Part shown: one piece after another, positions 19,319 through 29,394 of the stretch | How positions within the stretch are numbered: position 1 is the stretch's first letter | Layout of the letters: the number at the start of each line of letters is the position of its first letter | Assembly: GCA_965204735.1 (NCBI GenBank) | Contig: OZ242008.1 | Span: 608,001-672,000 of the forward strand | Source of the DNA: Longimicrobiales bacterium | GTDB taxonomy: Bacteria > Gemmatimonadota > Gemmatimonadetes > Longimicrobiales > Gaopeijiaceae | Reading direction: 5' to 3' | DNA length: 64,000 nt | Program-made: the position numbers and the translations under genes | The notes under the pieces: model-generated | Database searches by the model: none | The model's input: the letters and a program-made list of their open reading frames with translations, nothing else | Told to the model about the DNA's origin: nothing

Positions 19319-21811
19319 TCACCGCGAACTTGCCGGGGGCGCGGGCTCGTGGTCCGCCGTCCCTCTTGCGGAAGCCTGCTTCATGCGAAAGGCGGCGCTC
19401 CTCGCCGTGCCGAGGACGAAAGACGACATCCGGTAGTCGTTCTGCGCCGCCTGGGCGACCACGGCCCGCACCGCCGGCTGGTCCCGGTAGTCGATCCGCC
19501 GTCCGAGGGCGTACGCCATCAGCTTCTCGGCGAAGTGCCGGGCAAGGGGGACGGGCCGCTTCAGGAGGACCCGGGCCAGATCGGACGGGCCTTCGATCTC
19601 GGTGCCGTCGTAGTAGACGCCCCGCGTGTCCAGGGGCGCGCCGGATTCGCGGATGCGCCACTTGCCGGTCACGTCGAAGTTGTCGAGGGCGAGGCCGATG
19701 GGGTCGACGAGGTTGTGGCACGAAGAGCAGGCGGGGTTCCTCCGGTGCGCCTCCAGGCGCTCGCGAGTGGTCAGCTTCCGACCGTCCCGGGCGTCTTCGG
19801 TCTCCTCCAGCTCGGGTATCCCCGGCGGAGGCGGCGGAGGCGGCGTTCCCAGCAGCACTTCCATCACCCACTTGCCTCGGAGCACCGGCGACGTCCGGTT
19901 GCCCAAGGAAGTCTGCACCAGAACGCTGCCGTGGCCCAGCACGCCCCGTCGCCGGTCGTCGGGGTACTCCACGCGCCGAAAGTCGTCGCCGTGGACGCCG
20001 GGGATCCCGTAGTGGCGGGCCAGCCGTTCGTTGAGGAAGGTGTGGTTGGCGCCGTAGAGCTCCAGCAGGCTCCGGTCTCCCTGCACGAGGTCGTGAAAGA
20101 AGAGCTCGGTCTCCCGCCGCATCGACTCGGCGAGCTGGCGGCTGTAGTTGGGAAAGCGCAGCGCGTCCGGGCTTACGCGGTCCAGGTCCTGAAGGCGCAG
20201 CCACAACGCCGCGAAGCGCGTCGCCAGGGCTTCCGAGCGGGGGTCCGCCAGGAGCCGGCGGGCGTGGACCTCCAGCCCGTCGGGGTCGGCCAGCTCCCCG
20301 GCCTTCGCGGCGGCCAGCAGTCGGCGGTCCGGGTTTGTTCCCCAGAGGAAGAAAGACAGGCGAGCGGCCAGGTCTTCTCCCGAAAGCAGGTACGCCTCGC
20401 CGGGTCGGACGCCGTCGGGCTCCTGCTCCATCCGGAAGAGGAAGTGGGGGCTGGCAAGGATCGCCTCCACGGCCGCGCGGACTCCTGTCTCGAACCCGCC
20501 TTCTCCCGCTCCCAGCTCGTAGAACGCCAGCAGGGCGTCCGCCTCGTCCTCGCCCACCTCCCGGCCGTACGCGGCCTCGGCCAGGCGCGACACGATTGCT
20601 CGGGCGCAGGGAAGCGCCTCCGCGCCGGAGGTGGGCCGGCAGGAGAAGACGCGGCGCCGGGCCTCGAAGTCGGACACGCCGGTGACGTTGTACGGTCCCT
20701 CGACGGTCAGGCTGGCCAAGTGGGGCGGCGACGTGGTGCCGTAGCTGGTTTCCGTGCCCGAGAGGGACCAGTCGTTGGGGCGGATCAGGTCCTCGTAGGG
20801 ACCGTCCATGCGCCGCACGAACGCCGCCGTCACCCGTCGCTCCCCGGCCCGCGCGAACACCGGCTCCGTGCGCACGGGGAACTCCTTGCGGCCCTGGAAG
20901 TCGATCTCGCCGCCGTACCGCACCAGAGCGACCCGCTCGCCGTCCACGGAGACGTCCACGTCGTGGAATCGCTCGCCCCAGCCCGACATGAAGCTCATCG
21001 AGAAGACGTACTCGCCGTCGGCGGGGAAGGAGTGGAGGACGCTGATCCCGCCCCGGGTGCCGTAGGGCGCGCCCTCCGCCCGCTCCCACTCGTGCTGGGA
21101 GACCGAGGGAGGGTTCGCGTACGCGACCGCCGCCGGGACCGCATCGGCGTTGCCGACCGCCCGTCGCGCCACCTCCGAAGCGGCGGTCAGGTAGGCGTCC
21201 ATGACCGTGGGCGAAAGGCTCTGGGCGTCGGCCACGTTGTCGAAGCCGTCGCTGATGCGGTCTTCGGGCAGCCACTCCGCGGGATCCACCTCCAGCCCGA
21301 ACACGTCCCGCACGACGCGCGCGTACTCGGCCCGGTTCAGGCGCTGGAAGGGGCGCGAGCCCGGACGGGGGCGAGCGGCGGCCGCCTCGTCGATCGTCTC
21401 CTCCATGAACCGGGCGAGCGCCTCGAGGGTGTCTCCGGCGGGTCTTCGGGCGCCGGGCGGAGGCATCATCCCGGCCCGCAGCTTGCGGATCATCCGCTCC
21501 GCCGTCTGGGCCGCGACGGGCGCGTCGCCGGTCTTGAACCCTTCCAGCGACAAGTTGCCCACAAGCCTTCGGTTGTTGTGGCAGCGCACGCAGTAGCGCG
21601 CCACCACGTCGTCGTGCGCGTCGGACGGCCGGGCGACCGGTCCAGCGGTCGGCAGTCCGCCGCCGACGGCACGGCTGATCGGTCGGGCGCCGGCCCCCCG
21701 GTCCGAGCGGCCTCCGTCCGGCCCGTCGAGGGAGCCTCTCGGGCTGCCGTTCCATCCGGCCGCGACGAACACGCTTGCCACCACGACGCCGGCGGCGATT
21801 CCCTTCGTCAT
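19319..21811 (-). CDS. DUF1592/DUF1588/DUF1585/DUF1587/DUF1595 multi-domain protein with heme-c-type CxxCH motifs
   Basis: CVRCH, QRLNRAEY, GFDNVA, ILASPHFLFR, LAARLSFFLW, RTSPVLRGKWV, CSSCH, LMAYALGR. Confidence 0.9.
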   Translation of the reverse strand: MTKGIAAGVVVASVFVAAGWNGSPRGSLDGPDGGRSDRGAGARPISRAVGGGLPTAGPVARPSDAHDDVVARYCVRCHNNRRLVGNLSLEGFKTGDAPVAAQTAERMIRKLRAGMMPPPGARRPAGDTLEALARFMEETIDEAAAARPRPGSRPFQRLNRAEYARVVRDVFGLEVDPAEWLPEDRISDGFDNVADAQSLSPTVMDAYLTAASEVARRAVGNADAVPAAVAYANPPSVSQHEWERAEGAPYGTRGGISVLHSFPADGEYVFSMSFMSGWGERFHDVDVSVDGERVALVRYGGEIDFQGRKEFPVRTEPVFARAGERRVTAAFVRRMDGPYEDLIRPNDWSLSGTETSYGTTSPPHLASLTVEGPYNVTGVSDFEARRRVFSCRPTSGAEALPCARAIVSRLAEAAYGREVGEDEADALLAFYELGAGEGGFETGVRAAVEAILASPHFLFRMEQEPDGVRPGEAYLLSGEDLAARLSFFLWGTNPDRRLLAAAKAGELADPDGLEVHARRLLADPRSEALATRFAALWLRLQDLDRVSPDALRFPNYSRQLAESMRRETELFFHDLVQGDRSLLELYGANHTFLNERLARHYGIPGVHGDDFRRVEYPDDRRRGVLGHGSVLVQTSLGNRTSPVLRGKWVMEVLLGTPPPPPPPGIPELEETEDARDGRKLTTRERLEAHRRNPACSSCHNLVDPIGLALDNFDVTGKWRIRESGAPLDTRGVYYDGTEIEGPSDLARVLLKRPVPLARHFAEKLMAYALGRRIDYRDQPAVRAVVAQAAQNDYRMSSFVLGTARSAAFRMKQASARGTADHEPAPPASSR

Positions 21812-21925
21812 CCTTGCAGTTTCCGCCCGTCGCGGGGAGGCGCGCAAGTCGAGCCCCGGTCGCGCGGACCGGCCTCGTGGGCGCCCCGCCGAAGATCGTC
21901 GCCAGCGGTCATCGAGCCAGCGCGG

Positions 21926-24900
21926 TCACCGAGCCAGCGCCAAGACCCGTGCCAGCAGCCGCCCCTCGAAGCCGTCGAACAGCTCGCCGTGGCCGCGCAC
22001 GATGCGGGCGACCGCATCGGCGGGTCCGACGTCCGGGTCCATCAACTCCCTTGCAAGGGCCTGGACGGCGCGAGCAGCGGTCGAGCCGTGGAGTTCCGCC
22101 GCGTCGGCAAGCGCTTCCAGCGCGGTGTTCCGGCCCGAAGCCCGCGCCGCCAGCGCCACCAGCAGGTCGGCGCGATCGGGCTCGCGGTCCGCCGTCGCCG
22201 TCGCCGCGACGACTTCGAAAGCTCGACGGGCGGCGCGCTCGTCTCCGGCCGCTTCGCCGACCACTCCCTGCAGGTAGCGGACGAGGCGCTCGTCCGGATC
22301 GTAGGGCCGCCCCTGTCCAAGGGACTCGGGCCACCGCAAGGCGGCCACCAGGTGCTCGCGGGCCGCCCGGTGGTCGGCGGCCTCGACTTCGGCGACGGCC
22401 GAAGCGGCGTGGGCCAGCTCGTAAAGGCGGTGGCTCTCCCGCGAGTTCTCCGACGGAAGGACCTGCACCCGATCCATGATCTCCGCCGCTTCCAGAGGCC
22501 GGTCCACGGCGAGGAGCGAGCGCGCGTGGAGCAACGCCAAGTCGAAGTCGCCGGGGAAGGCTTGGCGCGCCCGCGACGACGCCTCCAGCGCCGCTTCCCA
22601 CTCGCCCGATTCCTGGGCGTGGCGGACCAGGACGATCCGCAGGGGCCGGCTCTCCGGGTCCAGCTCCACGGACCGCGCCAAGTCCGCCGCCGGATCGCGG
22701 CCCTCGACGGCCTGGAGGAGGCGCCCCCGGGCGACGTAGGCCGGGCCGTACTCCGGCGTGTCCCCAAGGGAAGCCATGATCGGCCCGGCTTCCTCGTCCC
22801 GGTCGAGAGCCCACAAGTTCAGCGCCAGCAGGTAGGTCCACAGCCAGTGGTCGCTGCTGTCCGCGGCCCAGCGAAGCACGGGCAGGGTCTCGGGCCGGTA
22901 GGGGAAGGCGAAGGCGGGGTCGCCGGCGTCGGCGAGCAACGTCGGGTCCTCGGCAAGGAAGGCTCGCCAGGCGGCGGCGACCGGGCCGCCGTGACGAGGG
23001 GCGCGGCCGGCCAGCTCCAGCAGCGCGGCGGCGTCTTCGGGGAGCCCTCGCGCGGCGTAGCTCGCAGCCAGCTCCAAGAGCGACTGGTCGGGGTACTCGC
23101 CCCGAAGCGCGTCCAGCAGCCGCTGCCCGCCGGGCGGCGTCGGGCCGGGGGCTTCCGGCGCCGCCGCCGGCTCCTGCGGGGCGCCCGTCTCTTCCGGCTC
23201 CTTTGCCGCGCCCGCCTCCGCCGCCGCCAGCTCGGCCAAGTGCTCCTCGGCCAGCGCGAAGTGGTGAAGCGGGTCGATCTCCAGCAGCGCGGCTCGGGCT
23301 CGCCGGGCGGCGCCGCGGTCCGACGCGCGCCGGCCGGCGATCGCCAGCAGCTGGAGCGCGGGAATGCTGCGACGGTCGAAGTCCATGGCCAGCTCGGCGT
23401 AGCGGGCGGCCTCGTCCCAATCTCCTTCGACGGCCATGACCTCGGCCAGCCGGACGTAGGACGCCGAACGATACGCCGTCGATCTGGCCGACCAACCAAA
23501 GGAATCGCGCGCGTCGGCGATCCGGCCGAGGGCCAGGTGCAGGTTGCCCGCCAGAAAGTTCGCCTTGGCGTCGTAGGTGTTCAGCTGAAGCGCCCGGAAG
23601 ACGCGCGTCAGCCCCTCTTCGTAGCGGGCCGAGCGCAGGGCCAGCTCGGCGAGCCCCAGGAGCGCCTCCCGGTTCCAGGGCTCACTCTCCAGCGCCGACT
23701 CGAAGAGGCGACGGGCCTCCCGGTAGCGACGCGCCCGCGCCAGCTCCCGCGCCTCGAACGCCAGCCGGTCCGCCTCCGGAAGAGCCTCCCAGGCGTCCGG
23801 CGGGGTCGTGAAGGGGCGCGAGAGGAGGCGCCCGTCCCGGTCCGACCCGTGCTCCAGGTCCAGCGCCTCGAGCCGCACCCGGTAGGGCTGATCCGCCGGC
23901 ACGTCGAACTCGGCAGTGTGGGCGACCAGGGCCGAGAGCCGGACCGGCGCCTCGTGAATGCGGCGCTCGCCCGACCACACCTGCAACGTGTCCTCCACGT
24001 CGCCGAAGGCGTTGACGGTCACCGAAAGCCGATTCCCCGCCCGCTCGACGTGCATGGCGCCTTCCCGGGAAGCGTCGGTCAGGCCCCCGGTCCCCTCCAG
24101 CGGAAACCACGTCTCGGTCCAGCGGCTGGCCGACAGCGGATCGAAGCCGGCCTGCGCGACGGGGTTGACGTGGTCGGCGGGCGAGTACTGCACGAAGAGG
24201 CGCCCCGCCTGGAACTCCACGTACTGGCCGTCCGCGTCGGTCAGCAGCTCTTCCCACACGCCGCCCTCCCTGGACAGCGCCCAGAGCCACATCTTCTGGC
24301 CCGGCATCTCCTCGTACCGCGCCCAGTGTCCCCAGCCCCATCCCTCGTCGTGGTAGTAGCCGCCGAAGAAGTCGTTCAGCTCCCCGACGACGTGGTACGA
24401 CTTGTGGCCTCCGAAGGCGTTGTTCCTGTACAGCGGCAAGTAGCGGCCCGATTCGTCGATCGGCCACGGCCGCTCCCGGCCCGAGTGCTCCAGGTACGAC
24501 CGACCGGGCACGAAGAGTTCCAGGTCGTCGCGCGCGAACGCCGCCGCCGTCATCCAGCTGTAGTAGGGCTGCTCCAGCGGCGTCGGGTTGTACCACAGGA
24601 CGCGGGTCTCGAAGTAGGCCCGGTCCGGCGGAAGACGCACCTCGACCCGCCAGTGCGTTCGCGAAGGCAGGTCCATCGCTCCCACGAAGACGCTGGCGCT
24701 GCCGTCGTCGTTCTCCCGAGTCGTCCACTCCACGGGGGTCGCGGTCGCAGGCGTGTGGCCGATGACGCCGAAGTTGAACTCGATCCCGCCCGACGTCCAC
24801 GGGCCCCGGAGCGCGATGTTGCGGAACTTCATCACCTCGTTGCGGTAGACGAACTCCCGCCCGGTCTCCTTGACCACCGCGCCCCACACCTTCCCGCCCG

Positions 24901-25189
24901 CCTCGGGCAGGACGAAGACCCGGATCAGGTCGTTCTCGAGCGTCGCCACGCGCCACTGCCTGGGCTCCGAGGACGATGCGTACCCGTCGAAGGCGTGGTA
25001 GGGGTAGAGCCGTCGGTCCCGGACGAGCATGGGCACAGGGTCCGGGTCCGAGAAGGGGTAGGTGTCGAGCGTCCTCATTTCCTCGAACACGAGAGTTCTC
25101 CGCCGGTCTTGCGAGCGGGCGTCCGCGGCCGTCGCGCATGCGGCGGCAACGGCGAAGAGCGCGAACGCCGGACGGCGCCACGACGTCAT
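21926..25189 (-). CDS. DUF5107 domain + TPR exported protein
   Basis: LENDLIRVFVLPEAGGKVWGA, YRNEVMKFRNIALRGPWTSGGIEFNFG; TPR-like helical C-terminal half; signal peptide; RBS ggaggg. Confidence 0.85.
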   Translation of the reverse strand: MTSWRRPAFALFAVAAACATAADARSQDRRRTLVFEEMRTLDTYPFSDPDPVPMLVRDRRLYPYHAFDGYASSSEPRQWRVATLENDLIRVFVLPEAGGKVWGAVVKETGREFVYRNEVMKFRNIALRGPWTSGGIEFNFGVIGHTPATATPVEWTTRENDDGSASVFVGAMDLPSRTHWRVEVRLPPDRAYFETRVLWYNPTPLEQPYYSWMTAAAFARDDLELFVPGRSYLEHSGRERPWPIDESGRYLPLYRNNAFGGHKSYHVVGELNDFFGGYYHDEGWGWGHWARYEEMPGQKMWLWALSREGGVWEELLTDADGQYVEFQAGRLFVQYSPADHVNPVAQAGFDPLSASRWTETWFPLEGTGGLTDASREGAMHVERAGNRLSVTVNAFGDVEDTLQVWSGERRIHEAPVRLSALVAHTAEFDVPADQPYRVRLEALDLEHGSDRDGRLLSRPFTTPPDAWEALPEADRLAFEARELARARRYREARRLFESALESEPWNREALLGLAELALRSARYEEGLTRVFRALQLNTYDAKANFLAGNLHLALGRIADARDSFGWSARSTAYRSASYVRLAEVMAVEGDWDEAARYAELAMDFDRRSIPALQLLAIAGRRASDRGAARRARAALLEIDPLHHFALAEEHLAELAAAEAGAAKEPEETGAPQEPAAAPEAPGPTPPGGQRLLDALRGEYPDQSLLELAASYAARGLPEDAAALLELAGRAPRHGGPVAAAWRAFLAEDPTLLADAGDPAFAFPYRPETLPVLRWAADSSDHWLWTYLLALNLWALDRDEEAGPIMASLGDTPEYGPAYVARGRLLQAVEGRDPAADLARSVELDPESRPLRIVLVRHAQESGEWEAALEASSRARQAFPGDFDLALLHARSLLAVDRPLEAAEIMDRVQVLPSENSRESHRLYELAHAASAVAEVEAADHRAAREHLVAALRWPESLGQGRPYDPDERLVRYLQGVVGEAAGDERAARRAFEVVAATATADREPDRADLLVALAARASGRNTALEALADAAELHGSTAARAVQALARELMDPDVGPADAVARIVRGHGELFDGFEGRLLARVLALAR

Positions 25190-25361
25190 GTCGACCCTCC
25201 ATGATCGGACGAGCGGCGGCGGGACCCTCTCTGGCCCACGTCGCCAAGCTAGGCTTACGTTGGCCCCGGTCCCGGAGCAAGCGCGGTTGCCGACCATCCG
25301 CCCGCGCAGCGCGCGCAGACAGACCCACGGAGGTTCCCGCAAGCGTGAGCCCGACACCCTC

Positions 25362-26294
25362 TTGAGACCGGAGACCGTCCAGCTTCAGCGGGCGATGCGG
25401 GGGCTGGACTACGTGGCCGAGCCGTCGATCGTCACCGCCGTCTACTTGGCCCGGGCGATGGAGAAGCCCCTGCTGGTGGAGGGCGACGCGGGGGTCGGCA
25501 AGACGGAGATCGCCAAGGTCATGGCCGGCGTTCTCGACACCGAGCTGATCCGGCTGCAGTGCTACGAGGGGCTCGACGCCAACGCCGCCCTCTACGAGTG
25601 GAACTACCAGAAGCAGCTGCTGCGCCTGCGCATCGCCTCCGACGGCGAAGCGGCCGCCACCGGCGACGGACTGGAGGACCTGATCTTCAGCCGGCGCTAC
25701 CTGCTGGAGCGGCCGCTGCTCCGCGCCATCACCAGCAAGGCGAAGGCGCCGGTCCTCCTGGTCGACGAGATCGACCGCGCCGACGGCGGCTTCGAGGCGT
25801 TCCTGCTGGAAGTGCTCTCCGACTTCCAGGTCACGATCCCCGAACTCGGCACGATCCGCGCCGCGCGACGGCCCCTGGTCGTGCTCACTTCCAACCGGAC
25901 GCGGGAGCTGGGAGACGCCCTTCGCCGGCGCTGCCTCTACCTGTACATCGAGCATCCGACGCTGGAGAAGGAAACCGAGATCATTCGCGCGAAGGTGCCT
26001 GGGGTCGGGGAGCGGCTGGCGGAGCAGATCGCCCGCTTCGCCGGGGAGCTCCGGGCCCTCCGGCTCGCGAAGCCGCCGGGCGTGGCCGAAACGCTGGACT
26101 GGGCCGCCGCGCTGGTGATGCTGCACAAGGACGGGCTGGACGCCGACACGGTGAACGACACCCTGGGCTGCCTGGTCAAGGACCGGGAAGACGCGCGGCG
26201 CCTCGATTCCGGCCAGGTGGGGGCCTTGGTCGGGAAGGCGGGCGGCGCGGCTGCCGAGCCCGGGCCGGCGGGGTCGGACGGGTGCGCCGAGTGA
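25362..26294 (+). CDS. coxD: MoxR-family AAA+ ATPase, CO dehydrogenase maturation factor CoxD
   Basis: Walker A EGDAGVGKT, RLQCYEG, YEWNY, Walker B LLVDEIDRAD, ALRRRC; cox context. Start approximate. Confidence 0.85.
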   Translation: MRPETVQLQRAMRGLDYVAEPSIVTAVYLARAMEKPLLVEGDAGVGKTEIAKVMAGVLDTELIRLQCYEGLDANAALYEWNYQKQLLRLRIASDGEAAATGDGLEDLIFSRRYLLERPLLRAITSKAKAPVLLVDEIDRADGGFEAFLLEVLSDFQVTIPELGTIRAARRPLVVLTSNRTRELGDALRRRCLYLYIEHPTLEKETEIIRAKVPGVGERLAEQIARFAGELRALRLAKPPGVAETLDWAAALVMLHKDGLDADTVNDTLGCLVKDREDARRLDSGQVGALVGKAGGAAAEPGPAGSDGCAE

Positions 26295-27517
26295 CCGGGG
26301 ACCGGGGGCCGAGGGAGAAGAAGCGCGCTCCGCTCTGCCGGCCGCCGCCCGCGCGGCCCGATTCGCCGCCGCCCGACGACCTGATCGTCCACTTGGCGCG
26401 CTTCGGCGAGGAGCTTCGCCGCTCCGGCGTGGCCGTGGGCCTCAAGGACGAGATCGACGCGGCGCGCGCCCTGCCGTTGGTGGACATCGGCGACCACCGG
26501 GAGGTGCGGCTGGCGCTGCGCTGCGCCCTGAAGGTTCCCTACCGCCACTGGCCCATCTTCGATCGCCTCTTCTTCGAGATGTGGAGAACGGGGCGCCGGT
26601 CCCCGGGACGTTCCGCGCAGCGCTCCAGGGCGGGCGAGCCGCCACGGCCGTGGCCGGGCCGCCCCAATCCAATGGAGGACTTGCGCCGCAAGCTGGCCCG
26701 GGCCGACGCCCGCCCCGAGGGTCCGGCCCCGGACCCGGAGGCGCAGCGTCTCGGCTGGAGTCCCCGAGCCGTCCTTCGCCGCAAGTCCTTCGAGCGCTGC
26801 ACGGACGACGACCTGGCCGAGCTGGAGCGGATCTTCGAGCGGCTCGCGCGCCGGCTCGCCACCCGTCGCAGCCGCAAGATGGTTCCCCGCCCCCGGGGAC
26901 CGGCGGTGGACGTCCGGCGCAGCTTCCGCCATTCCCTGGCCCGGGGCGGGGAGCTCGTCGTGCTGGCGCGACGCGACCGCGCCGTCGAGAGGCCCCACGT
27001 CGTCGTCCTCTGCGACACCAGCGGTTCGATGGACCCCTATGCCCGCTTCTTCCTGGCGTTCGTGACGGCGCTGAAGAAGGTGGTTCCCGGCGTGGAGGCC
27101 TTCGCCTTCGACACCAGCCTCAAGCGGATCACCCCCTGGATCGCCGGGGGCGACGTCGCCGCCACGCTGAGGCGCCTCGACCGAAGCGCGGGCGACTGGT
27201 CCGGCGGCACCCGCATCGGCGAATGCCTGGCCCGCTTCGCGGCCGAGCACTTGCGGAACACCGTCTCGGCCGATACATCGGTCCTGATCTTCAGCGACGG
27301 TCTGGACCGCGGCGACACGGAGGCGTTGGAGGGGGCCTTGACGGCGATCCGCAGGCGCGCCCGCCGGGTCGTGTGGCTCAACCCGCTGATGGGGTACTCG
27401 GAGTACCGGCCCGAGGCGAGGGGGATGAAGGCCGCGCTGCCCCACGTGGACGCTCTGGTTCCTGCCCACGACCTTCACTCCCTGGAATCCCTGCTGACGA
27501 CCTTGGAGCGCAGATGA
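26291..27517 (+). CDS. coxE: CoxE-like VWA domain protein
   Basis: MIDAS CDTSGSM, WSGGTRIG, SDGLD, WLNPL; GTG overlaps the coxD stop. Confidence 0.88.
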   Translation: MTGDRGPREKKRAPLCRPPPARPDSPPPDDLIVHLARFGEELRRSGVAVGLKDEIDAARALPLVDIGDHREVRLALRCALKVPYRHWPIFDRLFFEMWRTGRRSPGRSAQRSRAGEPPRPWPGRPNPMEDLRRKLARADARPEGPAPDPEAQRLGWSPRAVLRRKSFERCTDDDLAELERIFERLARRLATRRSRKMVPRPRGPAVDVRRSFRHSLARGGELVVLARRDRAVERPHVVVLCDTSGSMDPYARFFLAFVTALKKVVPGVEAFAFDTSLKRITPWIAGGDVAATLRRLDRSAGDWSGGTRIGECLARFAAEHLRNTVSADTSVLIFSDGLDRGDTEALEGALTAIRRRARRVVWLNPLMGYSEYRPEARGMKAALPHVDALVPAHDLHSLESLLTTLERR

Positions 27518-28002
27518 GAATCGACGAGACGGTGGAGATCGCGGCGCCGGCGGACTCGGTTTGGGCGTTCCTGGCCGACCCGGAGCGGGTCGCGGCGGCG
27601 TTGCCGGGCGCGGAGATCGCCGAAAGGGTTGGCGAGAACGCCTACAAGGGCGGCATGTCGGTGAGCGTCGGACCGCTGGCGGCCTCGTACACGGGGACCG
27701 TGTCGTTCGACCTGAACGAGGCCGAGCGCTCCGCGGTCGTCCGCGCGCGGGGGCAAGGCAAGGCCGGCATGGGCACCGCGGAGATGACGATGAGCAGCAC
27801 CGTCGAGGCCCTGGCCCACGACCGGACGCGCGTCGCCGTGTCGGCGAAGCTCGTGGTGACCGGCATCCTGGCCCAGCTGGGACGCGGCATGATCCAGCAC
27901 GTGTCCAAGAAGATGATCAAGGACTTCGCGCAGATCGTCGCCGGCCAGGTCGCGGGGGACGAGCGCGTCGCACGGGACGAAGCCGCAAAGGAGGCGTCAT
28001 GA
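27514..28002 (+). CDS. coxG: CoxG / SRPBCC family protein
   Basis: MRIDETVEIAAPADSVWAFLADPERVAAALPG...GILAQLGRGMI; ATGA coupling. Confidence 0.85.
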   Translation: MRIDETVEIAAPADSVWAFLADPERVAAALPGAEIAERVGENAYKGGMSVSVGPLAASYTGTVSFDLNEAERSAVVRARGQGKAGMGTAEMTMSSTVEALAHDRTRVAVSAKLVVTGILAQLGRGMIQHVSKKMIKDFAQIVAGQVAGDERVARDEAAKEAS

Positions 28003-28883
28003 TCCCGCCGCACTTCGACTACCACGCCCCCGGCAGCCTCGACGAGGCGTTCGCGCTGCTGGGGCGCCTCCCCGACGCCAAGGTCATGTCGGGCGGGCAA
28101 AGCCTCCTGCCGATGCTCAAGCTCCGGCTGGCGTCGCCGGCCCACGTCGTGGACATCGGTCGCGTGCCGGGGCTGGATCGCATCGTCGAATCGGACGGCT
28201 TCCTGCGCATCGGCGCGCTGGCCACGGAGGCGCAGCTGGAGCGGGACCCCGCGGTTGCCGCCCGCTGGCCGATCCTGACCGACACGGCCAAGGTCGTGGC
28301 CGACCCGCTGGTGCGGAACCGGGCCACGATCGGCGGCAACCTGGCCCACGGAGACCCGGCCAACGACCACCCGGCCACGATGCTGGCGGTCAGGGCGCAG
28401 GTCGTGGTCCAGGGCGCGGCCGGCGAGCGCGCGATCGGGATCGACGACTTCTTCCACGGCCTCTTCATCACGGCGCTGGAGCCCCGCGAAGTCCTTACCG
28501 AGATCCGCGTGCCGATCCCGGAGAGCGGTCCCGGCGGCGCTCGGCGCAGCGGCGGCGCCTACCTCAAGCTGGAGCGCAAGGTGGGGGACTACGCCGTGGC
28601 CGGCGTGGCCGTGCAGCTCTCGCTGGAGGAGGACGGCACGGTGGCCCGGGCCGGCGTCGGCCTGACCAACCTGGGCTTCGCGCCCCTCCGCGCCGAGGAA
28701 GCGGAAGCGGCGCTCGTGGGCCAGGTTCCCGGGGACCGGTCCATAGCCGAAGCCGCCGAAGCCGCGTCGGAAGCCGCCGACCCGGTGGCCGACCGCCGGG
28801 GCTCGGTCGAGTACAAGAAGAACATGGCCCGCGTGCTGGCGGGGCGGGCCGTCCGCAAGGCGCTTGCGCGCGCGGGAGCGTAG
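27999..28883 (+). CDS. coxM: Aerobic CO dehydrogenase medium (FAD) subunit
   Basis: [53 protein letters not shown]. Confidence 0.92.
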   Translation: MIPPHFDYHAPGSLDEAFALLGRLPDAKVMSGGQSLLPMLKLRLASPAHVVDIGRVPGLDRIVESDGFLRIGALATEAQLERDPAVAARWPILTDTAKVVADPLVRNRATIGGNLAHGDPANDHPATMLAVRAQVVVQGAAGERAIGIDDFFHGLFITALEPREVLTEIRVPIPESGPGGARRSGGAYLKLERKVGDYAVAGVAVQLSLEEDGTVARAGVGLTNLGFAPLRAEEAEAALVGQVPGDRSIAEAAEAASEAADPVADRRGSVEYKKNMARVLAGRAVRKALARAGA

Positions 28884-28887
28884 AACG

Positions 28888-29394
28888 ATGGCCAAGCACG
28901 GAATCACCGTCACCGTCAACGGCGAGAAGCACGAGCGCGAAGTCGAGTCGCGGCTGCTTCTCGTCCACCTGATCCGCGACGACCTCCGCCTTACCGGCAC
29001 CCACGTCGGCTGCGACACGACGCACTGCGGCGCGTGCACCGTCCTGGTGGACGGCGTGCCCGTCAAGTCGTGCACGGTGCTGGCCGTCCAGGCCGCGGGC
29101 GCGGAGATCCGCACCGTCGAGGGACTGGCCGGCAGCGACGGCCTGCACCCGCTTCAGGAGGGCTTCCAGGAGGAGCACGGCCTTCAGTGCGGCTTCTGCA
29201 CGCCGGGAATGCTGATGACCGGCGTCGCCCTGCTGGAGGCGAACCCCGACCCCAGCGAGGCGGAGATACGCGAGGCGATCTCGGGCAACCTCTGCCGCTG
29301 CACGGGCTACGTGAACATCGTCAAGGCGGTGCGTCGCGCCGCGGAAAACACGGCTGCGAGCAACGTCGCGACCGAGACCGAGGAGGCCGCATGA
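28888..29394 (+). CDS. coxS: Aerobic CO dehydrogenase small (2Fe-2S) subunit
   Basis: [29 protein letters not shown]. Confidence 0.95.
   Translation: MAKHGITVTVNGEKHEREVESRLLLVHLIRDDLRLTGTHVGCDTTHCGACTVLVDGVPVKSCTVLAVQAAGAEIRTVEGLAGSDGLHPLQEGFQEEHGLQCGFCTPGMLMTGVALLEANPDPSEAEIREAISGNLCRCTGYVNIVKAVRRAAENTAASNVATETEEAA

Noticed and set aside
12976..25204. Very long plus-strand ORFs (2077 aa and 2192 aa)
   Set aside because: Antisense shadows of well-supported minus-strand genes; stop-codon scarcity in high-GC DNA explains them and they contain no motifs.
25362..27517. MoxR-vWA ternary conflict (defence) system
   Set aside because: Sequence motifs and position identify these as CoxD/CoxE maturation factors of the CODH operon.
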